DNA from: Patescibacteria group bacterium
GTDB taxonomy: Bacteria > Patescibacteriota > Microgenomatia > UBA1400 > UBA1449
Direction: 5' to 3'
NCBI GenBank assembly: GCA_050942955.1
Contig: JBMNOG010000003.1
Span: 3,049-67,048, forward strand
Length of the DNA stretch: 64,000 nucleotides
Below the pieces are notes generated by a model. That model was given only the letters and a program-made list of their open reading frames with translations. It ran no database searches and had not been told where the DNA came from. The position numbers and the translations under genes are program-made. This document shows positions 37,177 through 46,982 of the stretch, in pieces (the first letter of the stretch is position 1; each line of letters begins with the position of its first letter).

Positions 37177-38504
37177 ACATTTCCTTCCATCTCAAGCTCG
37201 ATCAAACGATTAAGTTCGACTGCATATTCCAAAGGAAACTGCTGTACAACTGGTTCAATAAACCCGGAAACAATTAAGGTATTCGCCTCTTTCTCGCTAA
37301 ATCCCCGGCTCATAAGGTAGAGTAACTGTTCTTCTTCAATTTTCGATACTGTGGCCTCATGTTCCACAGTTGCATTACTGCTCCTAATCTTATTATCAGG
37401 ATATGCATTCGCACTGCTTTTATCGTCTAGGATAAGAGAGTTACACGTAATTTTGGAATGGCAGTGTTTTACTTTTTCATCTATATATACTAATCCCCGA
37501 TAAGAGCTTTTACCTCCACCTTTAGAAAGCGACTTGGAGGTGATTGCACTAGTAGTATTACTTGCTAAATGTATCATTTTTGCGCCTGTATCCTGACATT
37601 GGTCTTTTGCTGCCATAGAAACGGATAACATTTCCCCATGCGCTCCTTTACCTTTTAAAAGACACGCCGGGTATTTCATTGTTGTTAAAGAACCAAAGTT
37701 ACCATCCACCCAGAACATCTCCCCACTTTCATATACAATAGCTTTCTTAGTTACCAGGTTATAGACATTGGTAGACCAGTTTTGGATCGTTGAGTACTGG
37801 CATCTGGCATTTTTGCCGACAAATATCTCTACTACTCCAGAATGAAGTGATTGGTCAGTGTACCTTGGAGCACTACAACCCTCGATGTAATGGACGCTAG
37901 CACTCTCTTCAAGAATAATGAGAGTACGTTCAAACTGGCCTGCCAAAGGGGAGTTAATCCAAAAGTAGGCTTGAAGAGGCATAGTCACTTTTACCCCTTT
38001 TGGTACATATAGAAATGTTCCCCCAGACCAGACAGCCGTATTAAGAGCGGCAAACTTATTGTCTTCTGCAGACACTAGTGTAGAAAAGTACTGCTTTACT
38101 AGTTTGGAGTAATACTTCAAACCTTCGTCCATACTTGAAAAGACTACTCCTTGTTTTTTTAGATTTTCCTTGAGTGACCCATAAATAACTTCGCTATCAA
38201 ACTGAGAGCTTACTCCAGCCAAATACTCTTGTTCTGCTTTAGGAATGCCAAGCCTATCAAACGTTATCTTAATTTCTTTAGGCACTTGATTCCAAGAACG
38301 CTTTGTCTTTGCCCCATGATCAAAGTAGTAGGAAATGGCATCAAAATTTAGTTCAGAAAGATCCGAACCCCAAATAGGTAACGGTTTTTGATAGAAAGTT
38401 TCTAAGGCTTTCAAGCGAAGATTAAGCATCCATTGAGGTTCACCTTTTGTGGCAGAGATATTTTTTACTGTGTCCTGACTTACTCCTTTGGTATTGCTGT
38501 TCAT
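37173..38504 (-). CDS. sufB: Fe-S cluster assembly protein SufB.
   Basis: 443 aa SufBD-family protein directly downstream of sufC. Conserved C-terminal SufB region. Confidence 0.85.
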   Translation of the reverse strand: MNSNTKGVSQDTVKNISATKGEPQWMLNLRLKALETFYQKPLPIWGSDLSELNFDAISYYFDHGAKTKRSWNQVPKEIKITFDRLGIPKAEQEYLAGVSSQFDSEVIYGSLKENLKKQGVVFSSMDEGLKYYSKLVKQYFSTLVSAEDNKFAALNTAVWSGGTFLYVPKGVKVTMPLQAYFWINSPLAGQFERTLIILEESASVHYIEGCSAPRYTDQSLHSGVVEIFVGKNARCQYSTIQNWSTNVYNLVTKKAIVYESGEMFWVDGNFGSLTTMKYPACLLKGKGAHGEMLSVSMAAKDQCQDTGAKMIHLASNTTSAITSKSLSKGGGKSSYRGLVYIDEKVKHCHSKITCNSLILDDKSSANAYPDNKIRSSNATVEHEATVSKIEEEQLLYLMSRGFSEKEANTLIVSGFIEPVVQQFPLEYAVELNRLIELEMEGNV

Positions 38505-38521
38505 GACTATAGGGGAGAGGT

Positions 38522-39256
38522 TTAAACCGCGAGTGAACTATACCCCTTCTTTTCAACTACTTTAAGTAAACTCTTTCCTCCGGATTTAACTATAGCTCCA
38601 TTTATAAGTATGTGGACTTTAGATGGTTTTACATATTCCAGGATTTTCCCCTGATGGGTTATGAGAATGCAACCCATACCGTTTTTAACCATGTTATTAA
38701 TAGTAGTAGCAGCTACCTGTAAACCATCTCTATCCAAACCTGAATCAATCTCATCAAAAACGGCTACTTTGGGCATTACTACCATTGCCTGCAGAAGCTC
38801 CATTCTTTTTTTCTCTCCTCCGGAAAACTCATCATTAAGAGATCTATTAAGAAATGAAGACGTCAAACCCAGGCTCTCGATCTGTTTGTTAAGAGTATTT
38901 TTAAACTCCAAAAAGGGGAGAGGGGATTCCTGATGGAGATGATGGAGTTGGCGCAGAAAAGGAAAGACCTCAACCCCTTCTAAAACTACCGGCTCCTGAG
39001 AAGATACAAATATCCCCAACCTTGCCCGCTCTTGCATTGAAAGTGTCATAAGGTCAGTACTGTTGAAAGTAAGTTTTGACCTCTCTCCTATTACCTTGTA
39101 ATCAGGAAAACCTATAATTGTTTTGGCTAATGAAGATTTTCCAGAGCCGTTAGGACCTATAAGGACATGAATTTGTCCAGGCTTAACATCTAGACTAACA
39201 TCTTTCAGCACTTTAGTTTTACCAACAATCACAGTGAGATTTTTTACACTGAGCAT
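38522..39256 (-). CDS. sufC: Fe-S cluster assembly ATPase SufC (ABC-type).
   Basis: Walker A GPNGSGKSSL. ABC signature LNDEFSGGEKKR. Walker B VAVFDEIDSGLD. Confidence 0.9.
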   Translation of the reverse strand: MLSVKNLTVIVGKTKVLKDVSLDVKPGQIHVLIGPNGSGKSSLAKTIIGFPDYKVIGERSKLTFNSTDLMTLSMQERARLGIFVSSQEPVVLEGVEVFPFLRQLHHLHQESPLPFLEFKNTLNKQIESLGLTSSFLNRSLNDEFSGGEKKRMELLQAMVVMPKVAVFDEIDSGLDRDGLQVAATTINNMVKNGMGCILITHQGKILEYVKPSKVHILINGAIVKSGGKSLLKVVEKKGYSSLAV

Positions 39257-39329
39257 AATACAATAAACATGTTTACATTTTCTAAAAAGTAGAAACCCCT
39301 ATTTTCCCCTACTTCGAACAATAACCGAA

Positions 39330-39725
39330 TTATGCCAAATCAGCCACAGAATATTTTGATAACACTCCATCAATCTCATTCTGCACTTTTTGCCATACAC
39401 CTTTTATGCGGCATGTCTTTTCGCGGGCACACTGCCCTTCTCTCTGGCAGTGAATGAGTCCCATTTCTCCATCAAGGATTCTAATAACATCTGCTAGAGA
39501 TACTGTTTTAAGGTCTTTTATGAGAAAGTATCCTCCTCTAGATCCTTCTTTACTATCTACTAACCCAGCTTTTTTAAGGTCAGTGGCGATTTGAGACAGG
39601 AACCGGTAGGGCAGATGGTTATGTCTGGAAACAGCACTTAAGGATAAATGTTTTTTGTCCCCTACTCTGTGAAGCGCTAGGAGAAACAGTAATCCGTACT
39701 CACTCTTGAGAGAAATCTGCAACAT
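39330..39725 (-). CDS. Rrf2-family (IscR/SufR-like) transcriptional regulator with Fe-S-ligand cysteines.
   Basis: N-terminal wHTH (YGLLFLLALH...). Three Cys plus a His (HCQREGQCAREKTC). It is the first gene of the suf operon. Confidence 0.8.
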   Translation of the reverse strand: MLQISLKSEYGLLFLLALHRVGDKKHLSLSAVSRHNHLPYRFLSQIATDLKKAGLVDSKEGSRGGYFLIKDLKTVSLADVIRILDGEMGLIHCQREGQCAREKTCRIKGVWQKVQNEIDGVLSKYSVADLA

Positions 39726-39793
39726 GAGGGAGATTATACCAAAAAACTCCTACTTGTTTAGTAGGAGTTTTTCAAAAGTAATTATCTTGATTG

Positions 39794-40531
39794 CTACTGC
39801 AGTTCAAAAACTACTATTACCGAACTTTTTACCGTACCTGTACCGGGTTCAATTGGAGCGCCTCCGCCACCAAAACCCCGTTCAAGCATAGGGATTACTC
39901 CTTGTAAAGTACCACCCTCACTAATACTAACTACCTTTCCTAGTTTCTTCCCAGCTAAACTAGCCATTCGACCTGCTTTTTCTCTGGCGTTAGCAAGAGC
40001 TTCTTCGTATAATTCCATCTCAGTAGCGTTAGTATTATCTAAAGTGAAGTTTGGTCCATAGACATTAGTTGCCCCTGAACTTGCCAACATATCTGCTAGT
40101 TCTGAAGCCCGGTCAATATCACGTAGCTTTATTTCTATCGAATTGTTAACTCGCCATTGTCCTGGTTGGAACCGCTGTCTTCCACCTTCTGTAATTGGTT
40201 CTTGTTCCTGAAAAATACTTACATTTTGCGTTTTTATATCCCCTTCGGCAATTCCAAAGTCTTTAATTGCCTGGGTAAGTGTCGTTACTTTTTCATTTAC
40301 TTCAGCAACCGCTATATCTTTATTATCATTTACTGACTCAACTCCAGCAGTAAAGGTAGCCACCTGATTCTGCTGCTGGGTCTCAGCTTCACCCGTTACT
40401 GTCACAGTTGAACCAGGCATAAGTTGCAGTTTTCCCCAGTTAAATGCACCCCAGGGAATAAGGTAGAGAGCTGCTGTTAGTACCACTGCAGTCCCCAAAA
40501 TAAAGACCACGTTTCTAAAAAGTTCTTTCAT
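39794..40531 (-). CDS. SIMPL-domain (DUF541, YggE-like) secreted or membrane-anchored protein.
   Basis: N-terminal transmembrane or signal segment. Sequence pattern consistent with the SIMPL fold (VTGEAE...QIKTQNVSI...). Confidence 0.6.
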   Translation of the reverse strand: MKELFRNVVFILGTAVVLTAALYLIPWGAFNWGKLQLMPGSTVTVTGEAETQQQNQVATFTAGVESVNDNKDIAVAEVNEKVTTLTQAIKDFGIAEGDIKTQNVSIFQEQEPITEGGRQRFQPGQWRVNNSIEIKLRDIDRASELADMLASSGATNVYGPNFTLDNTNATEMELYEEALANAREKAGRMASLAGKKLGKVVSISEGGTLQGVIPMLERGFGGGGAPIEPGTGTVKSSVIVVFELQ

Positions 40532-40693
40532 AAAACCTCCTTTTTATTGCTTTTATCAGCATAATAAATACCTGGCAACTTGTCAAAATAAGTTAGGACT
40601 ATTTATATCGTAGGTAAGGGAGAGTGAAAAAAAGTGAAGTAAACAGTTTGGGCCAGCGCAAAGCGCTGGCCCAAATACCTATTTTACTTATTT

Positions 40694-42793
40694 CTACTCA
40701 ATCACAATTCTTCCATCAAGCACGCGTACACCATTACCCTTTGGTAATACCATAAGAGGGTTAACATCCAACTCGATAATTTCAGGAAAGTCAGTCAAAA
40801 GCTGTGATAGTCTTCCCAAACATTCAACAATCGCTTCTTTGTCCAAAGCACTCTGCCCCCGCACCCCATCAAAAATCTTACTAGACCTGATCTCACTAAC
40901 CATCCGCCAGGCATCGTCTTTGGTAATGGGAGCTAAACCAAACGTCACATCTTTAAAGACTTCAACGTAAATTCCTCCCAAACCAAACATGATCATGTGT
41001 CCTAAGCTCGCATCTTTGTTTGCGCCCAAGATAACTTCAGTGCCGTTTTCCGGAGCCATTTCCATTAATAGCACTCCTTCCAATCTGGCTTCAGGCTTGC
41101 TGATAGATACTCTCTGCATCATCTCATCAAACTTCTCAGCTACAGTTTCTTTTGTAATGTTAAGCATCACTCCTCCAACATCGCTTTTGTGCAAAATATC
41201 AGGTGAAATAATCTTCATTGCCAGTTTTCCGCCAATTTCTTTGGCTACACTCACTGCCTCATCTTTAGTTTTAGCCTGGGCAGACTTAAGTAGAGGAAAG
41301 TTGTAGGCTTTAAAAATTTCCATAGCCTCGGCTTCTGGGAAAGACTTTTGACCGTTAGCTTTGGCTTTGGCAAAAATATCTACAACCTTACTTTTGTCTA
41401 CATCAGGGTAACTAAAGGTTTCTCCATCAGTCTTTTTACTCCAGGAAACAAACTTGCTCAGTGTCGCCATTGCCTTAGCTGCAGACTCAGGAAAGATTGA
41501 GGTAGCTACCCCTTCGCTTTGTAGAATCTTCACTCCGGGTTCAACTGTGTCTTTACCCATAAAACTAACAACAATCGGCTTTTGGGTTGTCTTTTTTACA
41601 GCAGCAATGGCTTTGGCAGTTTCTTCAATCTCAGTCATTGATTGAGGAGTTAAAACTACAATAATTCCCTCAACGTGTGGATCTTTCTCAGCTAGTTTGA
41701 GAGCTTGCTCGTATCGATCTGCTCTGGCATCTCCTAAAACATCAATAGGATTATGGGTATTGGCAGCAGGCGGTAGCACTGCTTTCAAGGCCTCTTCTGT
41801 CTTATTCTCAAATTTAGCAAGTTCAAGATCATTACTTACCACTTCATCGGTCGTTAAAACTCCCGGACCGCCAGCATTGGTAATTATCGCTACCTTTTTA
41901 ACTTCTGAAAGATCGTTTTTAGCAAAAATCTGAGCATACTCAAAGAGTTGAGAAACTGAGTTCGCCCTGATAACTCCAGCTTGCTTAAATAAAGCTTCGT
42001 ATGCCGCATCTCCTCCTGCTAACGAACCGGTATGGGAAGCAATAGCACTGGCCCCGGCTGAAGTCCGCCCGGACTTTAATACAATAATTGGCTTGGGATT
42101 ATTCCCCCTAGTCACCTTCTTAACAGTTGAAATAATTTTCGCAGAATCTGTAAGCTGTTCAGCATAAATCAGGACAGCTCTGGTTTTTGGATCACCGGCT
42201 AGATACTCAATAAGAGCCAGTTCATCAACATCAGCCTTGTTGCCGATACTGACAAACTTAGAAAATCCAAGGTTAATATCTTTAGCATAATCAATAACTG
42301 AGGTACATAAAGCTCCGCTTTGAGAGATAAAAGCCACACTCCCCTCATCAGGCATTCTAGCAGCAAATGAGGCATTCATAGAGATTTCCGGATTAATCGC
42401 TCCCAAGCAGTTAGGACCAACAAGAGCAATGTCGTGTTTTTGACACACTTTTTTAAGCTCTTCTTCAAGTTCACTATTCCCTGCTTCCTTAAACCCAGCT
42501 GAAATAACAATACAAGCCTTAGCTCCTTTAGTGGCTGCTACTTCCATAACCGAAGGAACAAACTTTGCCGGAATAGCTACTACAGCCAGGTCAATCTCAC
42601 TATCAACTTCACTAATATCGTGATAGACTTTTACCCCGTAAAGTTCATTAGCATTAGGATTTATTGGGTAGATTTTGCCTTTATAACCTTGTTTTACTAA
42701 GTTTTTTACAACGTCATTTCCAACTGTCTTTTCTTTTGTCGAGGCACCAATAATGGCAATTGACTTCGGGTAAAACAGTGCATCTAAATTCAT
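40694..42793 (-). CDS. Acetyl-CoA synthetase (ADP-forming), a fused alpha-beta NDP-forming acyl-CoA synthetase.
   Basis: 699 aa. N-terminal CoA-binding domain (SIAIIGASTKEKTVGN). Succinyl-CoA-synthetase-like ligase domains. ATP-grasp C-terminus. Confidence 0.85.
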   Translation of the reverse strand: MNLDALFYPKSIAIIGASTKEKTVGNDVVKNLVKQGYKGKIYPINPNANELYGVKVYHDISEVDSEIDLAVVAIPAKFVPSVMEVAATKGAKACIVISAGFKEAGNSELEEELKKVCQKHDIALVGPNCLGAINPEISMNASFAARMPDEGSVAFISQSGALCTSVIDYAKDINLGFSKFVSIGNKADVDELALIEYLAGDPKTRAVLIYAEQLTDSAKIISTVKKVTRGNNPKPIIVLKSGRTSAGASAIASHTGSLAGGDAAYEALFKQAGVIRANSVSQLFEYAQIFAKNDLSEVKKVAIITNAGGPGVLTTDEVVSNDLELAKFENKTEEALKAVLPPAANTHNPIDVLGDARADRYEQALKLAEKDPHVEGIIVVLTPQSMTEIEETAKAIAAVKKTTQKPIVVSFMGKDTVEPGVKILQSEGVATSIFPESAAKAMATLSKFVSWSKKTDGETFSYPDVDKSKVVDIFAKAKANGQKSFPEAEAMEIFKAYNFPLLKSAQAKTKDEAVSVAKEIGGKLAMKIISPDILHKSDVGGVMLNITKETVAEKFDEMMQRVSISKPEARLEGVLLMEMAPENGTEVILGANKDASLGHMIMFGLGGIYVEVFKDVTFGLAPITKDDAWRMVSEIRSSKIFDGVRGQSALDKEAIVECLGRLSQLLTDFPEIIELDVNPLMVLPKGNGVRVLDGRIVIE

Positions 42794-42891
42794 AGTGGTA
42801 AACGCTGTTAAAAGGTAAGCGAGGAGAGCAAAGATTAAGACTTTTGCCCTGCTCCCTACTCTTTATGCTGTTTTTTCTTTTTTATTAATAA

Positions 42892-43620
42892 TTAGCGAAT
42901 ATAGACCTTGTTAAAGTATTGTAGAAAAATACCCTTAGCTTTTTCCACCTCATCTGCAGTTGGTGGTTTAACCCGAGAAAGTGGGTAAGATTTTCCTAGT
43001 AACTTGTACTTATACACACCAAGCGTATGGTAAGGCAAAATTTCAACTCTTTCCACATACTTAAAGTCTTTGAAATGTTGCCCCCATTTATAGAGGTATT
43101 CTTCCTGATCAGAGTATCCTGGGACTAAAACATACCTAAGCCACATTTTCTTTTTATGTGTTTCCAAATACTCTGCAGTTTTTAAAACATTTTCATTACT
43201 AAATCCAGTGATTTTCTTGTGCCACTTGAGGTTAATATGCTTGATATCAAGTAGGACTAAATCAGTATACTCATATAGTTTGCAAACCTGATCCGTAAAC
43301 AGTGAACCATTCGTATCTAGGGCAGTTCTAAACCCGATTTTTTTTGCTTTTTTAAAAAGATCTACTAATCCTTCTACTTGGAGCGTAGGTTCTCCTCCGG
43401 AAACCGTCAACCCGCCTTTATCTTTAAAATATTCTTTTTCTTTTTTAAGAAGCTCAATAACATCATCTGAAGACATCTGTTTTGCTTTAGTGTTTACATT
43501 CTGCGTATCAACGTTATGACAGTACAGGCAACGAAAGTTACAGCCTTGAAGAAAAATAACTAGTCTAATCCCAGGACCTTCATGGGTACCAAAAGTTTCA
43601 ATTGAATGTACATTCAGCAT
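42892..43620 (-). CDS. pflA: Pyruvate formate-lyase activating enzyme (radical SAM). I trimmed the start to the internal Met MLNVHS.
   Basis: CNFRCLYCHN radical-SAM cluster motif. The longer ORF start falls inside the pflB-pflA intergenic hairpin. Confidence 0.85.
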   Translation of the reverse strand: MLNVHSIETFGTHEGPGIRLVIFLQGCNFRCLYCHNVDTQNVNTKAKQMSSDDVIELLKKEKEYFKDKGGLTVSGGEPTLQVEGLVDLFKKAKKIGFRTALDTNGSLFTDQVCKLYEYTDLVLLDIKHINLKWHKKITGFSNENVLKTAEYLETHKKKMWLRYVLVPGYSDQEEYLYKWGQHFKDFKYVERVEILPYHTLGVYKYKLLGKSYPLSRVKPPTADEVEKAKGIFLQYFNKVYIR

Positions 43621-43626
43621 ATAAAC

Positions 43627-43653
43627 AAAAACCCTGCCCAATCAAGCAGGGTT
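43627..43653 (-). terminator. Hairpin between pflB and pflA, probably a terminator or attenuator.
   Basis: AAACCCTGC-ccaatcaa-GCAGGGTTT. On the minus strand it is followed by TTTTGTTTAT. Confidence 0.5.
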
Positions 43654-43665
43654 TACCCAAGATCC

Positions 43666-45897
43666 TTACATTGATTCATGGAACGTTCGGGCAATAACCT
43701 CTTTTTGTTGCTCAGGGCTTAGTTTTACAAAGTTAACCGCATATCCCGAAACACGGATGGTTAACTGCGGATACTCTTCCGGATGTTCCATTGCTCTTTC
43801 CAGTGTTTCTCTATTAAGAACATTCACATTCAAATGGTGTGCCTTTTTACCAAAGTAGCCATCTATCATTGTGGCTAAATTTTCCTTCTGTTCACCTTCT
43901 TCTGCACCAAGCGTTCTAGGAACAATGCTGAAGGTATTGGATACTCCATCTCGAGCATCCTGATAGTCAATCTTAGCGACAGAGTTTAGTGAAGCAATTG
44001 CGCCGGAACTATCCCGACCATGCATTGGATTAGCACCTGGCGCAAACGGCTCACCAGCTTTTCTGCCATCCGGTGTTGCCCCTGTTTTCTTGCCATAGAC
44101 TACATTTGAAGTAATAGTCAGGATAGAAAGCGTAGGAGTGGCATTACGGTAGATGTAATGTTTTCTCAAGTTAGTAATAAACTGGTTCACCACATCATGA
44201 GCCATTACATCTACTATATCGTTGTCATTGCCGTACTTCGGGAAGTCACCTTCTATCTTAAAGTTAGTGGTTAAGCCTTTTTCATTTCTGACAGGAGTAA
44301 CTTTAGCGTACTTTATGGCAGAAAGAGAGTCAGCAACAACTGAAAGCCCTGCCGCTCCAAAGGCCATATTCCGGTGGACATTGGTATCCATAAGTGCCAT
44401 TTGCGCCCGCTCATAGTAGTACTTGTCATGCATATAATGGATAACATTCATAGTATTAACATACAAACCGGCCAACTGCTCCAAAACCTTGTCATAGTTT
44501 TTTTTGACTTCTTCATAGTCAAGCACACCATCTTTGATTGGCTTAATACCGTCAACAATCATAACCCCAGTCATTTCGTCTCTGCCTTCGTTAAGTGCCA
44601 TAAGAAGAGCCTTAGCAAGATTGCAGCGGGCACCAAAAAACTGCATTTCTTTGCCTGTTTCCATCATGGAGACACAACAAGCAATACAGTAGTCATCCGT
44701 ATTCCCTACTTTGCACATCAGATCGTCATTTTCGTACTGAATCGAAGAGGTATCAATTGAAACCTGGGCACAAAAGTCTTTAAAAGGCTTAGGAAGTTTA
44801 TCTGACCAAAGAACGGTTAAGTTAGGCTCAGGTGCTGGTCCAAGATTATAAAGAGTTTGAAGGAAACGGTAGGTAGTTTTTGTGACTTTATGCTGGCCAT
44901 TCTTCCAGACACCTGCCAAACATTCCGTTACCCAAGTAGGATCGCCGGCAAAAAGCTGGTTATATTCACTCATTCTAAGGTGCCTTACCAACCTAAGTTT
45001 AATAATAAACTGGTCAATTATTTCCTGAGCTTCTTCTTCAGTTAATTTGCCTTCAGCCATATCTTTTTCAATATAGATATCAAAAAAACTTGAGACATTC
45101 CCCAGGCTCATAGCAGCACCATCCTGTTCCTTAATAGCCGCCAAGTAACCAAAATACGTCCACTGAACTGCTTCCCGGGCATTGGTAGCAGGTTTTGAAA
45201 CATCAAAACCATACGTTTTCGCCATTTCTTTAATCATTTCTAAAGCCCGTATCTGTTCGCTTATCTCTTCCCTTAACTGAATAACCTCTTCTGTCATATC
45301 TCCATCCAATTTTTCTTTGTCTTTCTGCTTTTCTTCAATTAGTCGGTCTACGCCGTACAAAGCAATTCTGCGATAATCTCCAATTATTCTTCCTCTTGAG
45401 TAGTTATCTGGTAGTCCGGTTAAAATCCCACAGCTTCGAAGCTCTCTCATTTTTGGGGTATAGACATCAAACACTCCATCGTTGTGAGTTTTGCGATACT
45501 GTTCACAGATTTTGACCACTCCTTCATCCAGTTCATACCCGTTTTCTTCGCAGGCTTTCTTAACCACTCTCCAGCCGCCAAACGGTTTAATCGGGCGCTT
45601 CAAAGGCGCATCAGTTTGTAGGCCCACAATCACTTCAAGCCCGTCTGCAATGTAGCCGGCATCATGACTGGTAATAGTGGAGATTGTATTAGTATCAATA
45701 CTGAAAACACCACCTTTATCTAATTCCTTTTTAAGAAGTTCCTTACACTTATTCCACAACTCCTGAGTTTTCTTTGAAGGTCCGACTAAAAATGAACTGT
45801 CACCATTGTAGGGAGTAATATTGCGAAAAATGAAGTCCCGTGTATTTATTTCCTTTTCCCAAATACCTTTTTTAAAAGGAGTTTTTACAGTAGACAT
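43666..45897 (-). CDS. pflB: Formate C-acetyltransferase (pyruvate formate-lyase, glycyl-radical enzyme).
   Basis: 743 aa. C-terminal glycyl-radical motif RVSGYAV. Cysteine pair CCVSMMETG. Adjacent to pflA. Confidence 0.9.
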   Translation of the reverse strand: MSTVKTPFKKGIWEKEINTRDFIFRNITPYNGDSSFLVGPSKKTQELWNKCKELLKKELDKGGVFSIDTNTISTITSHDAGYIADGLEVIVGLQTDAPLKRPIKPFGGWRVVKKACEENGYELDEGVVKICEQYRKTHNDGVFDVYTPKMRELRSCGILTGLPDNYSRGRIIGDYRRIALYGVDRLIEEKQKDKEKLDGDMTEEVIQLREEISEQIRALEMIKEMAKTYGFDVSKPATNAREAVQWTYFGYLAAIKEQDGAAMSLGNVSSFFDIYIEKDMAEGKLTEEEAQEIIDQFIIKLRLVRHLRMSEYNQLFAGDPTWVTECLAGVWKNGQHKVTKTTYRFLQTLYNLGPAPEPNLTVLWSDKLPKPFKDFCAQVSIDTSSIQYENDDLMCKVGNTDDYCIACCVSMMETGKEMQFFGARCNLAKALLMALNEGRDEMTGVMIVDGIKPIKDGVLDYEEVKKNYDKVLEQLAGLYVNTMNVIHYMHDKYYYERAQMALMDTNVHRNMAFGAAGLSVVADSLSAIKYAKVTPVRNEKGLTTNFKIEGDFPKYGNDNDIVDVMAHDVVNQFITNLRKHYIYRNATPTLSILTITSNVVYGKKTGATPDGRKAGEPFAPGANPMHGRDSSGAIASLNSVAKIDYQDARDGVSNTFSIVPRTLGAEEGEQKENLATMIDGYFGKKAHHLNVNVLNRETLERAMEHPEEYPQLTIRVSGYAVNFVKLSPEQQKEVIARTFHESM

Positions 45898-46082
45898 AGA
45901 TCTTCCTTTCGGCTCCCCGCAAAAGAAATCTTTTGCAACGAGTCTATGTTTTTTAGTAAAAGTAGCAAAAGGTTGTAAAAAGAAAATAAGCTTTTACGAA
46001 AAATTCATGAAAAGCTTCACTGTTAGTGTAGCACTAAACTCGAGTAAAAAAAGAGGGAAAATACATACCGAATACATAAAAA

Positions 46083-46116
46083 GTAGGCGGAGTAGATATA
46101 CTCTTGCTCCGCCTAC
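46083..46116 (-). terminator. Intrinsic terminator downstream of the coiled-coil protein gene.
   Basis: GTAGGCGGAG-tagatatactcttg-CTCCGCCTAC 10-bp GC-rich stem. On the minus strand it is followed by TTTTTATG. Confidence 0.55.
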
Positions 46117-46131
46117 TTCAAAAATTAAGGA

Positions 46132-46899
46132 TTATTTTGAGAAAAGTTTAAACAACCATCCAAAAAGGCTTGGGGTCTTTTCCTCAGTTTCGGCCTGTTC
46201 TTGAAGTGATGTATTTGCCTCTTCAAGAGCTGTGATTGCCCCTTCAATCTTTTCCAATTCTTCAGGATCACTTACTTCATCTTTCAGCTGAACCAGTTGA
46301 GCAATTCTTTCTTCGTTGTTTTCAATTTGCTCTTGTAAACTTTTAAGTGCTTTAAAGTTGGGACCAATGAGGTTTCTCAGGAAACCTTTGCGTTCATCTA
46401 GTTTATTGAGTTGCTCCTGAATCCTCTCCTGTGCCTGAATTTGCGCTTCGGCGACTGCTCTAATCCGCTCTTGGACCTGCTCTTTAGCTTCATTTTGAGT
46501 TTTGGCAACTTCACGCACTTGTTGTCCAATACCGCCTTCTCTATTGGGATTTGCTAGTAACGCCTCAACCCTTTGTGCCACTACACTCATGTGTTGTCTG
46601 GCTACTGCACTTCGGGAGCTACCGGGAGTTGTTGATGTGTTGCCCTCTTCTCCAGATGAAGTAGCTTCAAAATTCTCCTGTTCTTGATTAGAAGTTGCCA
46701 CTTGTTGATTCTCACCGGCATTTTGAACCTGAATTTGGTTAGTATTTTTAATGGTTTTTACAGCAGGTATAGAAGTTGCAATAGGCTGGTCTCTTCTCTC
46801 TTGAGCTTGTGCTTTACCAGATGTTTTGGCTGCAAAAGTAAGAGCGGGCAGCGTTAAAAATGCAGCAAAAATTACTAAAAAAGTAAGAAGTTTTTTTAT
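46132..46899 (-). CDS. Secreted coiled-coil protein. The start codon is uncertain.
   Basis: The annotated ORF (from 46701) lacks a signal peptide. The same frame stays open upstream to a stop at 46933-46935 and encodes a signal peptide (KKLLTFLVIFAAFLTLPALTFAAKTSGKA). That extension has no ATG, GTG or TTG. An ATA codon at 46899 is preceded by GGAAAGGAAAT. The C-terminal half is Gln/Glu-rich coiled coil. Confidence 0.4.
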   Translation of the reverse strand: MKKLLTFLVIFAAFLTLPALTFAAKTSGKAQAQERRDQPIATSIPAVKTIKNTNQIQVQNAGENQQVATSNQEQENFEATSSGEEGNTSTTPGSSRSAVARQHMSVVAQRVEALLANPNREGGIGQQVREVAKTQNEAKEQVQERIRAVAEAQIQAQERIQEQLNKLDERKGFLRNLIGPNFKALKSLQEQIENNEERIAQLVQLKDEVSDPEELEKIEGAITALEEANTSLQEQAETEEKTPSLFGWLFKLFSK

Positions 46900-46982
46900 A
46901 GTATTTCCTTTCCGGGTATATCCCCAAAAATACTATAGAACATATAATTAGTAACGGCAAGTTGTTATGAATGGTAATACTT

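Noticed and set aside
45898-46080. FNR/CRP-type box (TTGAT-N4-ATCAA) upstream of pflB, as expected from E. coli pfl regulation.
   Set aside because: No such palindrome is present in the 180-bp leader. The leader contains only AT-rich sequence and the terminator hairpin of the upstream gene.
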